Below, piece after piece: positions 1-11,554 of a DNA stretch of 64,000 nt (positions are counted from its first letter, which is position 1; each line of letters begins with the position of its first letter). Origin of the DNA: Stegostoma tigrinum. Lineage: Eukaryota. The notes beneath the pieces are model-generated. The model was not told the origin of the DNA. It saw nothing but the letters and a program-made list of their open reading frames with translations, and did no database searches. Where the stretch lies: contig NC_081396.1 in NCBI RefSeq assembly GCF_030684315.1, positions 4,650,001-4,714,000 of the forward strand. Reading direction: 5' to 3'. The position numbers and the translations under genes were made by a program.

Positions 1-2689
1 ACTCATTGGTTTCAGTTTTGCCAGGGCTCTTTGCTGCCAAATTCTGTCGAAAGCAGCCTTGACGTTAAAGGTGGTCACTTTCAGCTCACTTCTGGAATTC
101 TTTCTTTTGCCCACATTTGGACCAATGTTACAAAGAGACAGGAGCTGAGTTGTCTTGGCAGAACCCAAACTGGGCAAAATTAACAACTTTAGTACAGAGC
201 AGGTGCTGCTTGATAGCATTGTCGATTCCACCTTACACCAATTTGCTGATGATCGACTGCAGACTGTTGGGATGGTAATCGGCCAGACAGGTCTTTATGT
301 GCTCGACGTACTTGTTCAATTTTCCTCATTGCCTGAAAGCACAAATCTTTAGTTCTATTGCCCAAATGTTATCACATGGAGCGGAGGAAAAGGTGAGGAT
401 GACAGATTTCCCTCCCAGCAGGACATTAGTGAAACACAATTTTTTTTTCAACAATCAGCAATTAATTCACAGTTATCAGTCGATTATCATTCCAGATTGT
501 TTCAAATTCAATTCCATTTCTACCATATTTCGGGTCGGGATATATTCTTAGATATCATAAACTCCAAGAAGCCTCTGATGCATGTGGCATCAATTCTAAC
601 AACATCGGTTATGAATCTGTCAGTTAGTTTGGGCCATTTCATTTGACTTCTGATACTTACTACAACACTGTGCTCGGCCTTAAACTGTCAAATCGTTCTT
701 GCTCTTTAATTTCCTTCTAAGTTCGAATGTATGTAATGTTCACTGCTTACTGGGTGTAACATCAGTGATGATTATTGTTATTCCAGGTGCATTTGCACAC
801 TTTCTCAGGAAGTGCAGAGTCCTTCCACACCTCCACCGAGAGAAATAATGTCTTCTTAAGGAATTAAATGGTATTTTCAATCTTTTATTACACATAGGAA
901 ACCACACCTTTTTTGTATGGACATGCTGCAAAGAGAAGACCTGTCTTTCCTTCCGTTTCTCGTTTCTGACTGTGAAAGAAAATGCAAAACAAATCAATTC
1001 AGAATTAATTATACTAAACCTTTCCACTGTGAAAGTTTACCAGTTCAATGTACAATCACCAAAATAATAAGCCTGCAGAATGACGATTGATCCAAATTCA
1101 CAAATACGCTCTGGCTGTTTCCAATTTTTTTTCATCGCCTTGCGAAAGGGCTACCTCACACACCTGCTGGAAAAAGTGAAATGTCAGAAACATATTTTTC
1201 CATTCAGTGACGCAAGTTTTGATCAAGTGTCAGTGCTATGTTTCATTCAATGGTGTTATCTGACCTGCAGTTTTAATTACAGTACTTTGTCTTTTCTACT
1301 TTCCGTTACAAGGGGCCTTAGGCGTGTTATTGAAAGGCAAACTTCAATTCATTAATGTTGAAACAGCATTTCTTTCTATTCAACGGAGCTTGGAAATATG
1401 ATATTAATTACCTTCACTCTCACACATAAATATATCAGGCAGACACTTGACTTGATTGCACTAAATACTGACTTTGTCATCGTCACATTATATTCTGTGA
1501 TATGTGAAGTAATGCATTTAGGATTCTCTCTGTGATATGTCAGAAGCAAATATTATGTTTATTACGATCAACGTCACTGTCACATGTGTCCACTCTTCTT
1601 GTGTCAGAATCTAGCACTGCTTTGGAGGGGATAAAGTCAAAACTTCCATTCAAATGTGACAAAAATATGATGACTGTAATGCTTGCCCTTGTCAGATTGT
1701 AACAAGCAAGAAGTTTGAGGCAAAGATAAAATTTGACACTGCTTCTTTTGCTCATCCCCTTTGCTCCTCCCCAAGACATGTTTCAGTTGCAATTTTACAC
1801 AACATGTCTTCAGTTAAAATTGCATAATGACTTGTTGGTTCCAAATGTATATCTGACTATTGCTCTATTATTTCTGGTGGAGGCTGCATCCTTTATTTAA
1901 CCCTTTTCTGCAGCTGTAATTTCATGACATTGCAGAACTAGTAAATATCTGTGGCTAATCAGCACCAGATCCTGCCGTAGCTCTTATTGTAGGAGTCAGC
2001 ATCACTTATTATCGTAACCGAGATTCATTCCGGTTCAATACAGAATTCGCCTGTGTCTTTCTTTATATCAGACCACATTCTATTGTTTTATTAGCATGTT
2101 AGCAAACCTTTCTGTTCATATTGCACTGGAGCCAGACCTGTTTAACCAATGATTGCACAGAACAGACAAAAAGATTTAAGTCAATCATTAACACAAATGT
2201 GGAATACTTCTCGTTGATATTCTGAATACTTGGGTCATAATAACATAAATGGTACAGTGTAATGCAAAATCTGCCAAAAACAACCAATAAGAGAAATAAT
2301 GGAAGTAAAGCCTCTTGTAACAGAGCATGATGGACATGACATACAAAAGGCAGAGGGTGATTCAGGTTAGATTTCGGAACTTCATTGTATAATATTAGCC
2401 ACGACATGATTCAGCACAGTCTTACAAAAGGATGGTAAATCAAATATAAAGAGAATTTTGGTTCAATGCTGTATGAACTGACACTGAACTTATATCAGAA
2501 ACAATTGAGAAATGACCTGCTATCAACTGACCAAAGTCAAGGCCTGGTGGAATGCATTGTTTTTGTCAATGCTGTTAAAACCACCCATGTCAGTTATATC
2601 ATGTGGCATTTGCGTTGCATGAATGGAATTACAGTGTGTTTGGAAAACATTATGAGACGTCCTGCCCCTCTTGTCTTCTTTAATCTTCT

Positions 2690-3480
2690 GTAAAGTCAAT
2701 TGCTTTCATTTTTTATTGAGATAATGGGCAAATTCCTTCTTGATATGTAAAGTTCCTGCTGCCAGTGCTATATTTTCGATCAGTAATTCCAGAACAGAGC
2801 TGCATACTGTCTTATATAGTTTAACTTCCTCATATTCGCATTAGCTCTTTTGACAATTACATTATTTTGGTGCACTGTACTTGCAATCTTGACACAAAGG
2901 GGAACGGTTCCCATTTATCTCTTCGTTAAAGCCCCTCATTATTTTGAACATATCTATCAATCGCATCTCATACATTTCTCCCCCAAATAAAACTGCTCCA
3001 ACGTCTACAGCACGCCAGTTCATGAATGCTCCTTGAGTTGATGCGCAGTCTTGAAACTTGAAAGCATGCTCTATACTTTGACTTGAATTTCGGCGCAAAT
3101 ATGAACCGTTGTTTCAAATGAGGTCTGATCCATGTGCAAGATAGGTTTTAAATACCTTCCTTGCTTTACGTGATATTACATATATATTTGTGTACATTGT
3201 TATGTATTGTGTCTCCATGGTCTTCCTTCATAAATTAATCAGGGGATAAACCTCTGCGCTAAATTTCATTTGTCGCCCATCGACCCAATCCACAAAGCTC
3301 AATAGATCCTTCGAAAACTATGAACTGTCTTCCTGAGGTTCAGAATTGTTGCAAGATTCTTGTTGCAGCAAATTGTGAACTAATGCACTTTACACAACAT
3401 CTTAGTCGAAAACATAAATGAAAACATTGACACGTCAAAGCATTGAAACCTGCATAATCGCGCTTTGAACCTCACTTGAA
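2690..3480 (-). mobile_element. Decayed CR1/L2-type LINE fragment
   Basis: Minus-strand remnant …RLIDMFKIMRGF… Boundaries approximate. Confidence 0.5.
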
Positions 3481-4982
3481 TACAAAACACACATAACTGT
3501 CCCTTTTTATCCATGATTTCTTCAATTCACTCGGATGTTTTCCAATAAGTTTTGAAATACACATGGAAAAGAATAATCAGATTAGGACAATAACTAGCGT
3601 GTTAATCCACAAGAAAAAACAAACAAGTTTGTTCACATGAGTGGCGCTGAGAAATCCATAAACGATAATTTAAACAAAATAATTTACAATGATTTGAGGG
3701 CTCATCCATTTTCTGTGCAGTGTTTTGAACCTTAGGTTACACTTAATTCCCAATGAACTGAGCTTGCTTGTGGCAAAATAAGTTGAATAATATTAACTTT
3801 GCGAATTCTTTTTGGCTCTTCATCGCTGAATAAAGGGATGTTGCCCTGGGCATCACCTGGGGAACATTAGATAATGATTCCCTGAACGGTCAGCGTGTAA
3901 TTTTGTTGAAATATTATATGACTGAAACGAAAGGTAGGGACATTTCCGATATAAATCAGATGAAATGGAGCCTCTGAATTTGACAAGCATTGATTTAGAA
4001 TTATGTAAGATGCCACCACAGCGAAAAATCACTCTTCCCATTGAGCCTGTCTAACCCAAAAACAAGACCTTCAAGCTTATGCATGTTGTGTTGCAACACT
4101 GAATATTATCGCACTTGAAGTACATTTTCAAATACATTTGACTGTCCCTGTCTTCACCATTCCTTCAGCAACTAAGCTTCTTGAATAAGCCCTGCCATTT
4201 CACTGCCAATCACTGATATGTAAAGGCATTATTTACCGAGCTCTCCCCTCTGTCATTGAGGTTTTTCTCATTTATGTTATCCAGCATGAAATCGATGTAC
4301 CTCTCAAGAAACAAACTACCCTAAAATTCCTGTTTTCAACCACGAGCAAATCTAACTAAAGTAAAATTTCCTAAGTGTTGCTTTTTCTTTTCATAGTCTT
4401 CGCATAATCCTTCTAATCTCAGCAAACATAAAATGACGTGCAGCCCGCCATGATGTTTGTGGCTGTGCGTATGTTCACACAATGTCTGTGTTGGTGCGTT
4501 AATTTATTTCAATTGTTATTGCTGTTTCTTGTTCTGGTAAACATTAATTGATAGATCATTGACTAAACCTTCATCAGGAATGTGGCAATGGAAAACATGG
4601 AAAAGGCAATGAACAAACATTGCAGTAGAACAAAATAAAGTGCATTGGTCACAATCCATTTTTCATCACAGGTTTTATCTCCATAGCTGGAAATGCTAGT
4701 TTATGGGGAAAATGAGGGGGCGATCATTGCTTGTGATAAAATAGACAGATATTCCAAACAGTTCATGTAGCCCTGGGAAACTGACTGGCCAATCTCTGAA
4801 CTTGGCTTCTCCAGCCATCCTAACTATTCCAGACTTACTTATCATAGTAAACTGACAGAGACATTAATCTTCGTATATTCCCCAGATACATCACCAGCAA
4901 TGTTTTTTATTCCACCAAAATCAGCCTCATAAATTAAGAAAGATAAGTAGACACGTCTTTCAGTGATTTATTGCTGACAAAG

Positions 4983-5176
4983 AAGTTTTCTTGTTGTACA
5001 GATCAATTTGAATGTTATGCCGTTCTCTGGTGTCACCTTGTTCTTGTGAGCAAGAGATGCTTTGCAAATTATATTCAGTGTGTCACTGCAGGTATTTCAA
5101 AAGGCACTGTGTACTCAAGGATCTCCCAAAAAATAAAAATCAACAATGTGGTCTCGACACGGTCATCTACTTTTGT
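4983..5176 (+). pseudogene. Highly decayed short V-domain relic (possibly NAR-TCR V-like)
   Basis: FSC(4992)…YAVLW(5028)…KGTVYSRISQKIKINNVV, then frameshift, DTVIYFC(5174). Trp-to-Cys distance only about 49 codons. No RSS found. Confidence 0.3.
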
Positions 5177-5479
5177 GATCGTGGCAGAAACAAAATCAAA
5201 TTGGCCATTAACAGAAGGGCAATTCCCTTTCAGATCTTTGGAATAGTACGACCGGATCCTTTATGTGCATGTGGGATGGCAGAGGATATTCAGTTTAACA
5301 CCACCAGGGAACATCAGGGAACAGCGTCACAGTTGTAAATCCAGATAATTACTGTCATTGCACATGCGCATTAAAATGACATCGATCAATTGAACATTCG
5401 ATATTCAAGTTCTGAACTGTAACTTGTGGATGCCTTGGCAACTCAGGCCGAAAGTGCATCTCCTTGGGTTCACCCTTGT

Positions 5480-5830
5480 GAAACCTTACTGATAGTACAT
5501 GGAGGATGTTCCCAGTTTTGAGTGTGTCCAGAATCAGGCTTCAATATCTTACAACTCTGGGCAGAGAATGAGGGATGGAAATGAGAGGAAATTTCTGCAT
5601 CTGAAGATTGGTGAGCCTTTGGAATTCAGTACAAAACGAAGTAGTTGATTTCAAAACGTTGAATGTATTAAAGAGATGGCCAGATATTGCACTTATGGCC
5701 ACTGGGGTCAAAGGTTATGGAGAGAAAGCACGATTGGGCGACTTAATTGGTTGATTAACCACGATCATGATGAATTGCTGACCAAGCTCAAACGGGAGAT
5801 TGGATTTCTCCTCTACGACTTTTCTAAGCT
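5480..5830 (+). mobile_element. Decayed CR1-type LINE 3' fragment
   Basis: Resembles 48830-49170. Boundaries approximate. Confidence 0.55.
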
Positions 5831-5972
5831 TCTCAAGGAGCTAACTGTGAACCTGGCCTTGAAATCAACTCCACATTTTGTATATTGCTCTTGAATTCCA
5901 TGATAAAAATCAAAATATGTCATGGGTCCCACATAGAACTGTACAGTAATTCAATGGAATTATCATCAAACT

Positions 5973-6043
5973 GCTTTATCTTCTTTTAATAAACAATGCT
6001 TTTTATCAGACTACTGACTGGAGGACAAAAATTGACTGTGATG
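5973..6043 (+). pseudogene. Decayed J-like segment with 12-spacer RSS-like motif
   Basis: GCTTTATCT-12-CAATGCT, then …GGA GGA CAA AAA TTG ACT GTG (GGQKLTV, 6020-6040). No splice donor seen. Confidence 0.3.
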
Positions 6044-6775
6044 CACCAATCAATTTGAAGTCATGGCAATGTTAACAATCATTATTCAAATGGGATAAAA
6101 AAATCAGTTCCAAGGTACCAAGTGTTTTAGAAAATGGAGAGCCGTGGAACGCTGAATGGACGGATTTGGCGCATGATTAAAGAAATGCTAATTTCTTATT
6201 GATACTTAGGCCGGGTGAAAAACTGGAGAAGCGTGAATTGCTTTGTAATACGGTAGACTGTGAAATAATGATGAACTGGAATTGTGTCTTTGCTCGTATT
6301 TCCCACCCGCTACTATTCATTTGTTGCCAAAACAGTTATTGCTGGCAGTTGCTTTATGAAGGCAAATTAAAGTGCACATAAATTGATTTGACAATCTTAG
6401 GATGTGGGAGAGAGCCTCTGAAAGTGAGGAGCAATTAGTATTGATTAAGTTTGCAGCTGTTCACTAAAAGAAAACCCTTCATAAGTTACTGATCAAGAAA
6501 TAAAAAAGTTTATTTTCTTTACCCTGAAACATTCAAAAGCATGGCCTATTTTCAATGAAATTAAACAGAAATCTGCCGAACAGCTTATTCCTCAATATTT
6601 TCGTGTTATTGCTTTGTTGGAGGCAAGTCCCATTAACATACCAGGCGTGCGATGCTCAAACAAATCTCAAAACAGAGGGGCAATTGCATGAAAAGAGGCA
6701 AATAGCTCACACGTATGCCACAGCATCAGTACAAGTTTCACAAGCATCGTCCTAATGATGTGCACTATTTTTGCT

Positions 6776-7003
6776 GTGAGAAGCAAAGTGGGTGAAGATA
6801 TATTGAGTGTTCTGTTCTATACAATGGAACCACATGTTCGAAATATTTACATGGGTCCTTCTGAATCCAGGCAAGTGCTCGATTTGTACCTTCAGATGAC
6901 GATTTCCAATCAGCAGTGAGCAATCATGAGTGCCATTTGGCTATATTTCAGTTTCTATGAATAAAGTCCAATTTATCACTTCCAGAGTAGAACAAACTGA
7001 CAC
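6776..7003 (+). pseudogene. Highly decayed V-like relic (possibly a supporting TCR Vdelta)
   Basis: Frameshifted fragments VRSKVGEDI / LYNGTTCSKYLH / FGYISVSMNKVQFITSRVEQTDT. No terminal YYC. Confidence 0.22.
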
Positions 7004-7149
7004 ATTTTTGATAATTGACCTGCCTCAAATCGTGAAGCCAGCAAACAAAAATTTGAATTTTGACGAACAAATCTCTTTCAAGTTTCCATAAATCATTAAA
7101 TATCTCCATTCATGCTGTCTGTCTGTATCAAATTATATTCGTCACATGG

Positions 7150-7870
7150 CATTCAGGACGAGCGTGCCAATTCGATGCACAATTGGGTAAACGGCAAGTG
7201 ACAGAGAGTGGTGATGGAGGGTTCTTTTTTCGACTGGCGGCTTGTTTCCGTTCATGTTCCACAGGGATTGTTCCTGGGTGCATTTTTGTTTAACATTTAT
7301 GTGAAAGACTTCGATGAGAAACTCACAGGCCGTGTGAACATGATAATCGTTTCGAACAGAATTGCAGGGTTTATGGGCAATGAAGAACATTATTTCAGAT
7401 TGCAGACTGATCTTGATCAGTTGGATCAAAGGGTGAGGATTGCAGATGGAGTTCAATAGAATAGGCAGATCTAGTGGTTTAGGAACATAATACTTCGGCA
7501 GTGGCATCATCAGATGTTGAAGAAGCTGTGTCGTAGGCTTGCCTTCATTGATCAATCATTTGAGTAGCGGAGTTGGGAAGTCATGTTCAGGAGATTGTCG
7601 AAGCCTCACCTAAACTAATGCATCCAGTTCTGGTCTGCTTGTTATGGGAAAAAATATTATTTAGTTGGAGAGATTTGAGAAAATATTTACCAGGATTTTG
7701 CTCGGAATGGAGGACTTGAGTCATCAGGGGCGACTTGTGCATAACTACATAAATCAGAAAAGTTTGGAAGGATATGGGCCAAGCACAGGCAGGTGGATCT
7801 GACTCAGTTTTGAATCATGTTCAGCATGGACTGGTTCGGCCTAAGTGCCTGTTCCTTTACTCTTTTATTA
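7150..7870 (+). mobile_element. Decayed CR1-type LINE RT fragment
   Basis: VPQG…LFNIYVKD and LQTDLDQL remnants. Boundaries approximate. Confidence 0.7.
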
Positions 7871-7876
7871 TCTGAA

Positions 7877-7937
7877 TATCTATCTATCTATCTGTCTGTC
7901 TGCCTGTTTATCTATCTATCTATCTATCTATCTATCT
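7877..7937 (+). repeat. (TATC/TGTC)n microsatellite
   Basis: Read directly. Confidence 0.9.
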
Positions 7938-9443
7938 GCCGGCTGATCCATCTCAAAATGACAATGTGCTGTCGCAATCCTCCAGTGAATTCATATTTCC
8001 ATAGTGTCTGAAACTCTGCAAGTGCTTCCTTTCACGATAAAGGTACACAACTGAAAAATAAACCTGAATCTGACAATTTTGCGAGGCATATTTGTTGATG
8101 CACGGGTGATGGTTTTGTTTTGAAGCCAAGCAGTCAACAGTGAGGAGCAGCATTTTTGATTTACTGCTGACACTATCAATGCTTCCGGTACATGAACATT
8201 TGAAGTCCAGGATATTTTCTGCAATTGGCTTGATTGCTGTCGGAAATTCTGCTCACAGATTAAAGGCATATGAATCAATTAAAATGAAACTTCACCAAAG
8301 ACACTTTTTCTTTCTTTTCCAATTGCAGGCAAAAGATATGCATCACTTGACATGTCTTCCTTGAAAGACTTCACCGAGTTCAGCGCTGACTGTGTGACTT
8401 TGAAAAAGACTGGAAATTTACTTTGCACCAGTAATTTCTAATACTTCCAAATAAAAGTCATTCTCGTTTGTTGTTTATAAACCATTTAGCTATCATGGAC
8501 TATTTCAAAGCTCCAGAATGTGAACTCAACTGACCCACATTTGCATTGCAGGGGCATTTGTTATCATCTCAAACTAAATTTACCAAATTTAATTTGTTTG
8601 AACTCGCATAGATTGTTGCCCCATTCTCTTATCATTTAAACTGTGTGAGCAATTTATATATCGCTGGCGCTGATTTCGTGTCATGCTTAATTTCTGCCGG
8701 TGTCTCTTTTTTGACAGTGCCTGTCAGAGCTACCAATGAACGGAAGAATGATCAGTTTATGACCTGCGTCAGTGGCAATCATTAGAATTCTCTCGAACTG
8801 ACCATACACTCATGATGTACCTACACAGTTACCTACAATTATTTGGTTGCTGGGGCAATTTTGTGTTTTTATTTAGCTTGTTGACTGACCTGTTCTGATT
8901 CATTAGATTCTCTTTCAACAGCTTATTTGAATGTTGCTTTTAAATGTCAATTCGCAGTTGATTTATTAGTCACGCAGTTTTCCATTATTGTGATTTTCCA
9001 AATGATTATGTTGGGGCAAACCAATTTGAAAAATATTAAATGAGAGACGTTCTTCAAAATAACAAGCTTTTTCCCATCCTTGAACTCAGAGACTTGGAGT
9101 GTCTGTAAAAAAACAATTTTATTGGCTGATAATGTTATTGAATATTTTACTCGTTTTCTCTGTCAATGAAGTTCAAGAAATAAAGTGAGTTCATTTCGAA
9201 TTGGGAATTTTACTGTCTTAAGTAAAATAATGAAAACTGTCATCTGATCAATACCTCACGCTGCTTAACTGCACATTCGCCATGAAAAATATGCGAATAC
9301 GTCTCATCAATCTGTACAAGAAAACAAATAACACAAGACAGAAAAATGCCCATGTTTAGAGTAACCTGGCATAAATGTATTAGCCCATCTGTGAGAGCTG
9401 TAGCAGGTCGTATGAGGATGCAGTCTCAGCCTCCAGCAGAAAT

Positions 9444-9490
9444 CCAATGGGCGGAGCCTGTGAACCTTCCCCCTCTGATGGGCATATAAA
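9444..9490 (+). promoter_or_regulatory. VH promoter: CCAAT (9444-9448), GC box GGGCGG (9449-9454), TATAAA (9485-9490)
   Basis: Motifs read directly, 90-135 nt upstream of the leader ATG. No perfect octamer nearby (only ATGCGAAT at 9291). Confidence 0.65.
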
Positions 9491-9579
9491 TTCTGGTCAC
9501 TGCACCGTCATTCAACACTCCTCAATCTGGGGTTTGTTTTGAAAGCTCTTGACAGAAACATTGTTCCCAAGTTATCAGA

Positions 9580-9628
9580 ATGGTGACGACGACAATTTTT
9601 CTGAATTTGTTACTGACCTTCTTATCCT
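9580..9628 (+). CDS. IGHV: IgM VH leader exon ([16 protein letters not shown])
   Basis: ATG at 9580, hydrophobic signal peptide, phase-1 donor T|GTAAGT at 9629, acceptor AG at 9753-9754. Splicing gives ...FLSCVQS|EVTL. Confidence 0.95.
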
Positions 9629-9754
9629 GTAAGTACTTATTCTTCAAGTTTCTGTTTGTTGTTGTCCCAATGTCAGTTTACCACTGTCATGTAAAAGATT
9701 CAGGAATCAGTTCACCAGTAAAAATGATGATTTTTATTTGCTTTATTTCTGAAG

Positions 9755-10059
9755 GTGTCCAGTCGGAGGTTACATTGGTTCAACCACAGGCAGAGACTGG
9801 CCATCCTGGAGGCTCCATAAAACTGTCCTGTAAAACCAGCGGATTCGATCTTGGCAGCTACAGCATGTATTGGATCCGACAGGTGCCTGGCAAGGGGCTG
9901 GAGTGGATCGTTTACTACTACAGTTCATCGGACAATAACTATGCGCCAGCGATTAAAGATCGATTTACTGCGTCCAAAGACACTTCAAACAACATCTTCG
10001 CGTTGGACATGAAGAGCCTGAAGATCGAAGACACTGCCATCTATTACTGTGCAAGCAAC
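9755..10059 (+). CDS. IGHV: IgM VH exon, open frame ([49 protein letters not shown]...[32 protein letters not shown])
   Basis: Both canonical Cys, WIRQ, GKGLEW and DTAIYYC motifs, typical of shark IgM VH; followed by an RSS. Confidence 0.98.
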
Positions 10060-10098
10060 CACAAAGCGTGAAACAGCGGCTTGATAACTACAAAAACA
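10060..10098 (+). other. VH 23-RSS: CACAAAG - 23 nt - ACAAAAACA
   Basis: Spacer counted as 10067-10089. Heptamer differs from CACAGTG at positions 5-6. Confidence 0.9.
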
Positions 10099-10445
10099 GC
10101 TCGATGAGACACTTTGTACATTCCAAAGTAAAATGACGGTTAGTACTTGGTTTTCACGACTGTCTTGTAAACTCGACCTCAAACTGCTTCTGACAACACA
10201 AGCGCAAAGGAAATGAACCATTCAAACTAACAAACCAAACAATAAAACAGGGCAATGTTTCGGACACTTCTTACAGCTCCATTAATTAAAGAATTGGACA
10301 CAATGTCAATTTTAATATGTCTGACGCCTCAATAAATCTCTATCAATTGTCTTATGTAAACGATGGCATAAATTCCACAATGATCAGTACTAAATATCAA
10401 TTTCACATCAAAATTGAGACAGAATTTTGAACAGAGATTGGGCGC

Positions 10446-10525
10446 AGCTTCTGTGTGGGTGTGCATCACTGTGATACGACAGTGGGTCACAGTGATGTGC
10501 ACACCGACATCCTCATTCAAAAACC
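10446..10525 (+). other. IGHD: DH1 segment ATACGACAGTGGGT (10474-10487) with 5' 12-RSS and 3' 22-RSS
   Basis: AGCTTCTGT-12-CACTGTG, then D, then CACAGTG-22-TCAAAAACC. All three frames open (IRQW / YDSG / TTVG). 12/22 is the shark D1 arrangement. Confidence 0.95.
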
Positions 10526-10705
10526 ACTGACCAGTGTTTCATTCAAATTGGCGAATAGGGCCGTAGTAGAAGAGAAAAATAATGTGAGACTTCATTAAAA
10601 TGCAGTCCAGTCACGTTCATTTCTGGAAATGTATAAACTTATTCTACTTTTTTCGTGTTTGTTGCCAAGGTAAATGTACACCAAACTTTAAATAATCTTA
10701 AATAA

Positions 10706-10920
10706 TCTCTTTACGCAGAGAGTTGTGAGAGCATGGAATGCGTTGCCAGCAGCAGTTGTGGAAGCAAGGTCATTGGGGTCATTTAAGAGACTGCTGGACA
10801 TGCATATGGTCACAGAAATTTGAGGGTGCATCCATGAGGATCAATGGTCGGCACAACATTGTGGGCTGAAGGGCCTGTTCTGTGCTGTACTGTTCTATGT
10901 TCTATGTTCTATGTTATATG
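10706..10920 (+). mobile_element. CR1-type LINE 3' end with (TTCTATG)n tail, inserted between D1 and D2
   Basis: FTQRVVRAWNALP motif, GGGCTGAAGGGCCTGTT 3' end and microsatellite tail; AACTTTAAA on both sides (10684, 10922). Confidence 0.85.
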
Positions 10921-11072
10921 CAACTTTAAACACATAAATGGGGAGGACACGCTGAAATACTGCACTGAATCATTATTTGAGGAGTTCAAACCAGCTTTTT
11001 TTAATTTGTTTGCTTTTGTTTGAGGAAGCAATGAAATTAAGTATTTGCATTTTACAGTATCCAGTCCACAGT

Positions 11073-11141
11073 AGTATTTGATACCATGTGTCTCACAGTG
11101 GCATACTGGTATACACTGCAGTTATGATCAATACAAAAGCC
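11073..11141 (+). other. IGHD: DH2 segment GCATACTGGTATA (11101-11113) with 12/12 RSSs
   Basis: AGTATTTGA-12-CACAGTG, then D, then CACTGCA-12-ACAAAAGCC. All three frames open (AYWY / HTGI / ILV). Confidence 0.88.
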
Positions 11142-11467
11142 CGTTCAGCTCTAATTGTCAGAAACTGAGTTAGTGCTTACGATCACAAAACTTCTAAACG
11201 CGCTGTGCAGTATTATTTGTATGGAGTATTACTCAATTATCACGATTTAATTTGCAATAACGAAGTAATTATTGATAACCAGTTGGTGGTTTTGACAATC
11301 AGTTAATGTATTATTCTGTGAAGTGTAAAACATTAGAATGATTTATCACGAATGAGCAGAATGCACTTGCACAATCTCAACATACTGAAAATTAGCCATG
11401 ATTTTATTTTACCTCTGGTTCGGAATATTTAAAATAATGACAGCTTTTATTTGTTTTGTGCAGAGCC

Positions 11468-11506
11468 ACTTATTGCGTGACCCCGTCCAGGGAATGTAAC
11501 ATTGTG
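11468..11506 (-). other. JH 23-RSS (top strand ACTTATTGC - 23 nt - CATTGTG)
   Basis: Heptamer 11500-11506 reads CACAATG on the minus strand; the nonamer matches consensus at only 5/9. Confidence 0.8.
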
Positions 11507-11554
11507 ACTACTTTGCTGACTGGGGACAAGGAACGATGGTGACCGTGAATTTAG
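11507..11554 (+). CDS. IGHJ: JH segment (YFADWGQGTMVTVNL)
   Basis: WGQG motif; phase-1 donor G|GTAAGA at 11555. Confidence 0.97.

Noticed and set aside
770-1090. Acceptor plus GAFA… and RFS…ELIILNL V-like words
   Set aside because: No Cys/Trp framework or RSS.
5300-5340. J-like HQGT…VTV followed by GTAAAT, and a CACAGTT heptamer
   Set aside because: Needs a frameshift, has no W/F-G motif and no nonamer at 12 or 23.
11094-11141. CACAGTG 5' of D2 acting as a forward RSS for inversional joining
   Set aside because: No nonamer 12 or 23 nt downstream; the real nonamer is 32 nt away.
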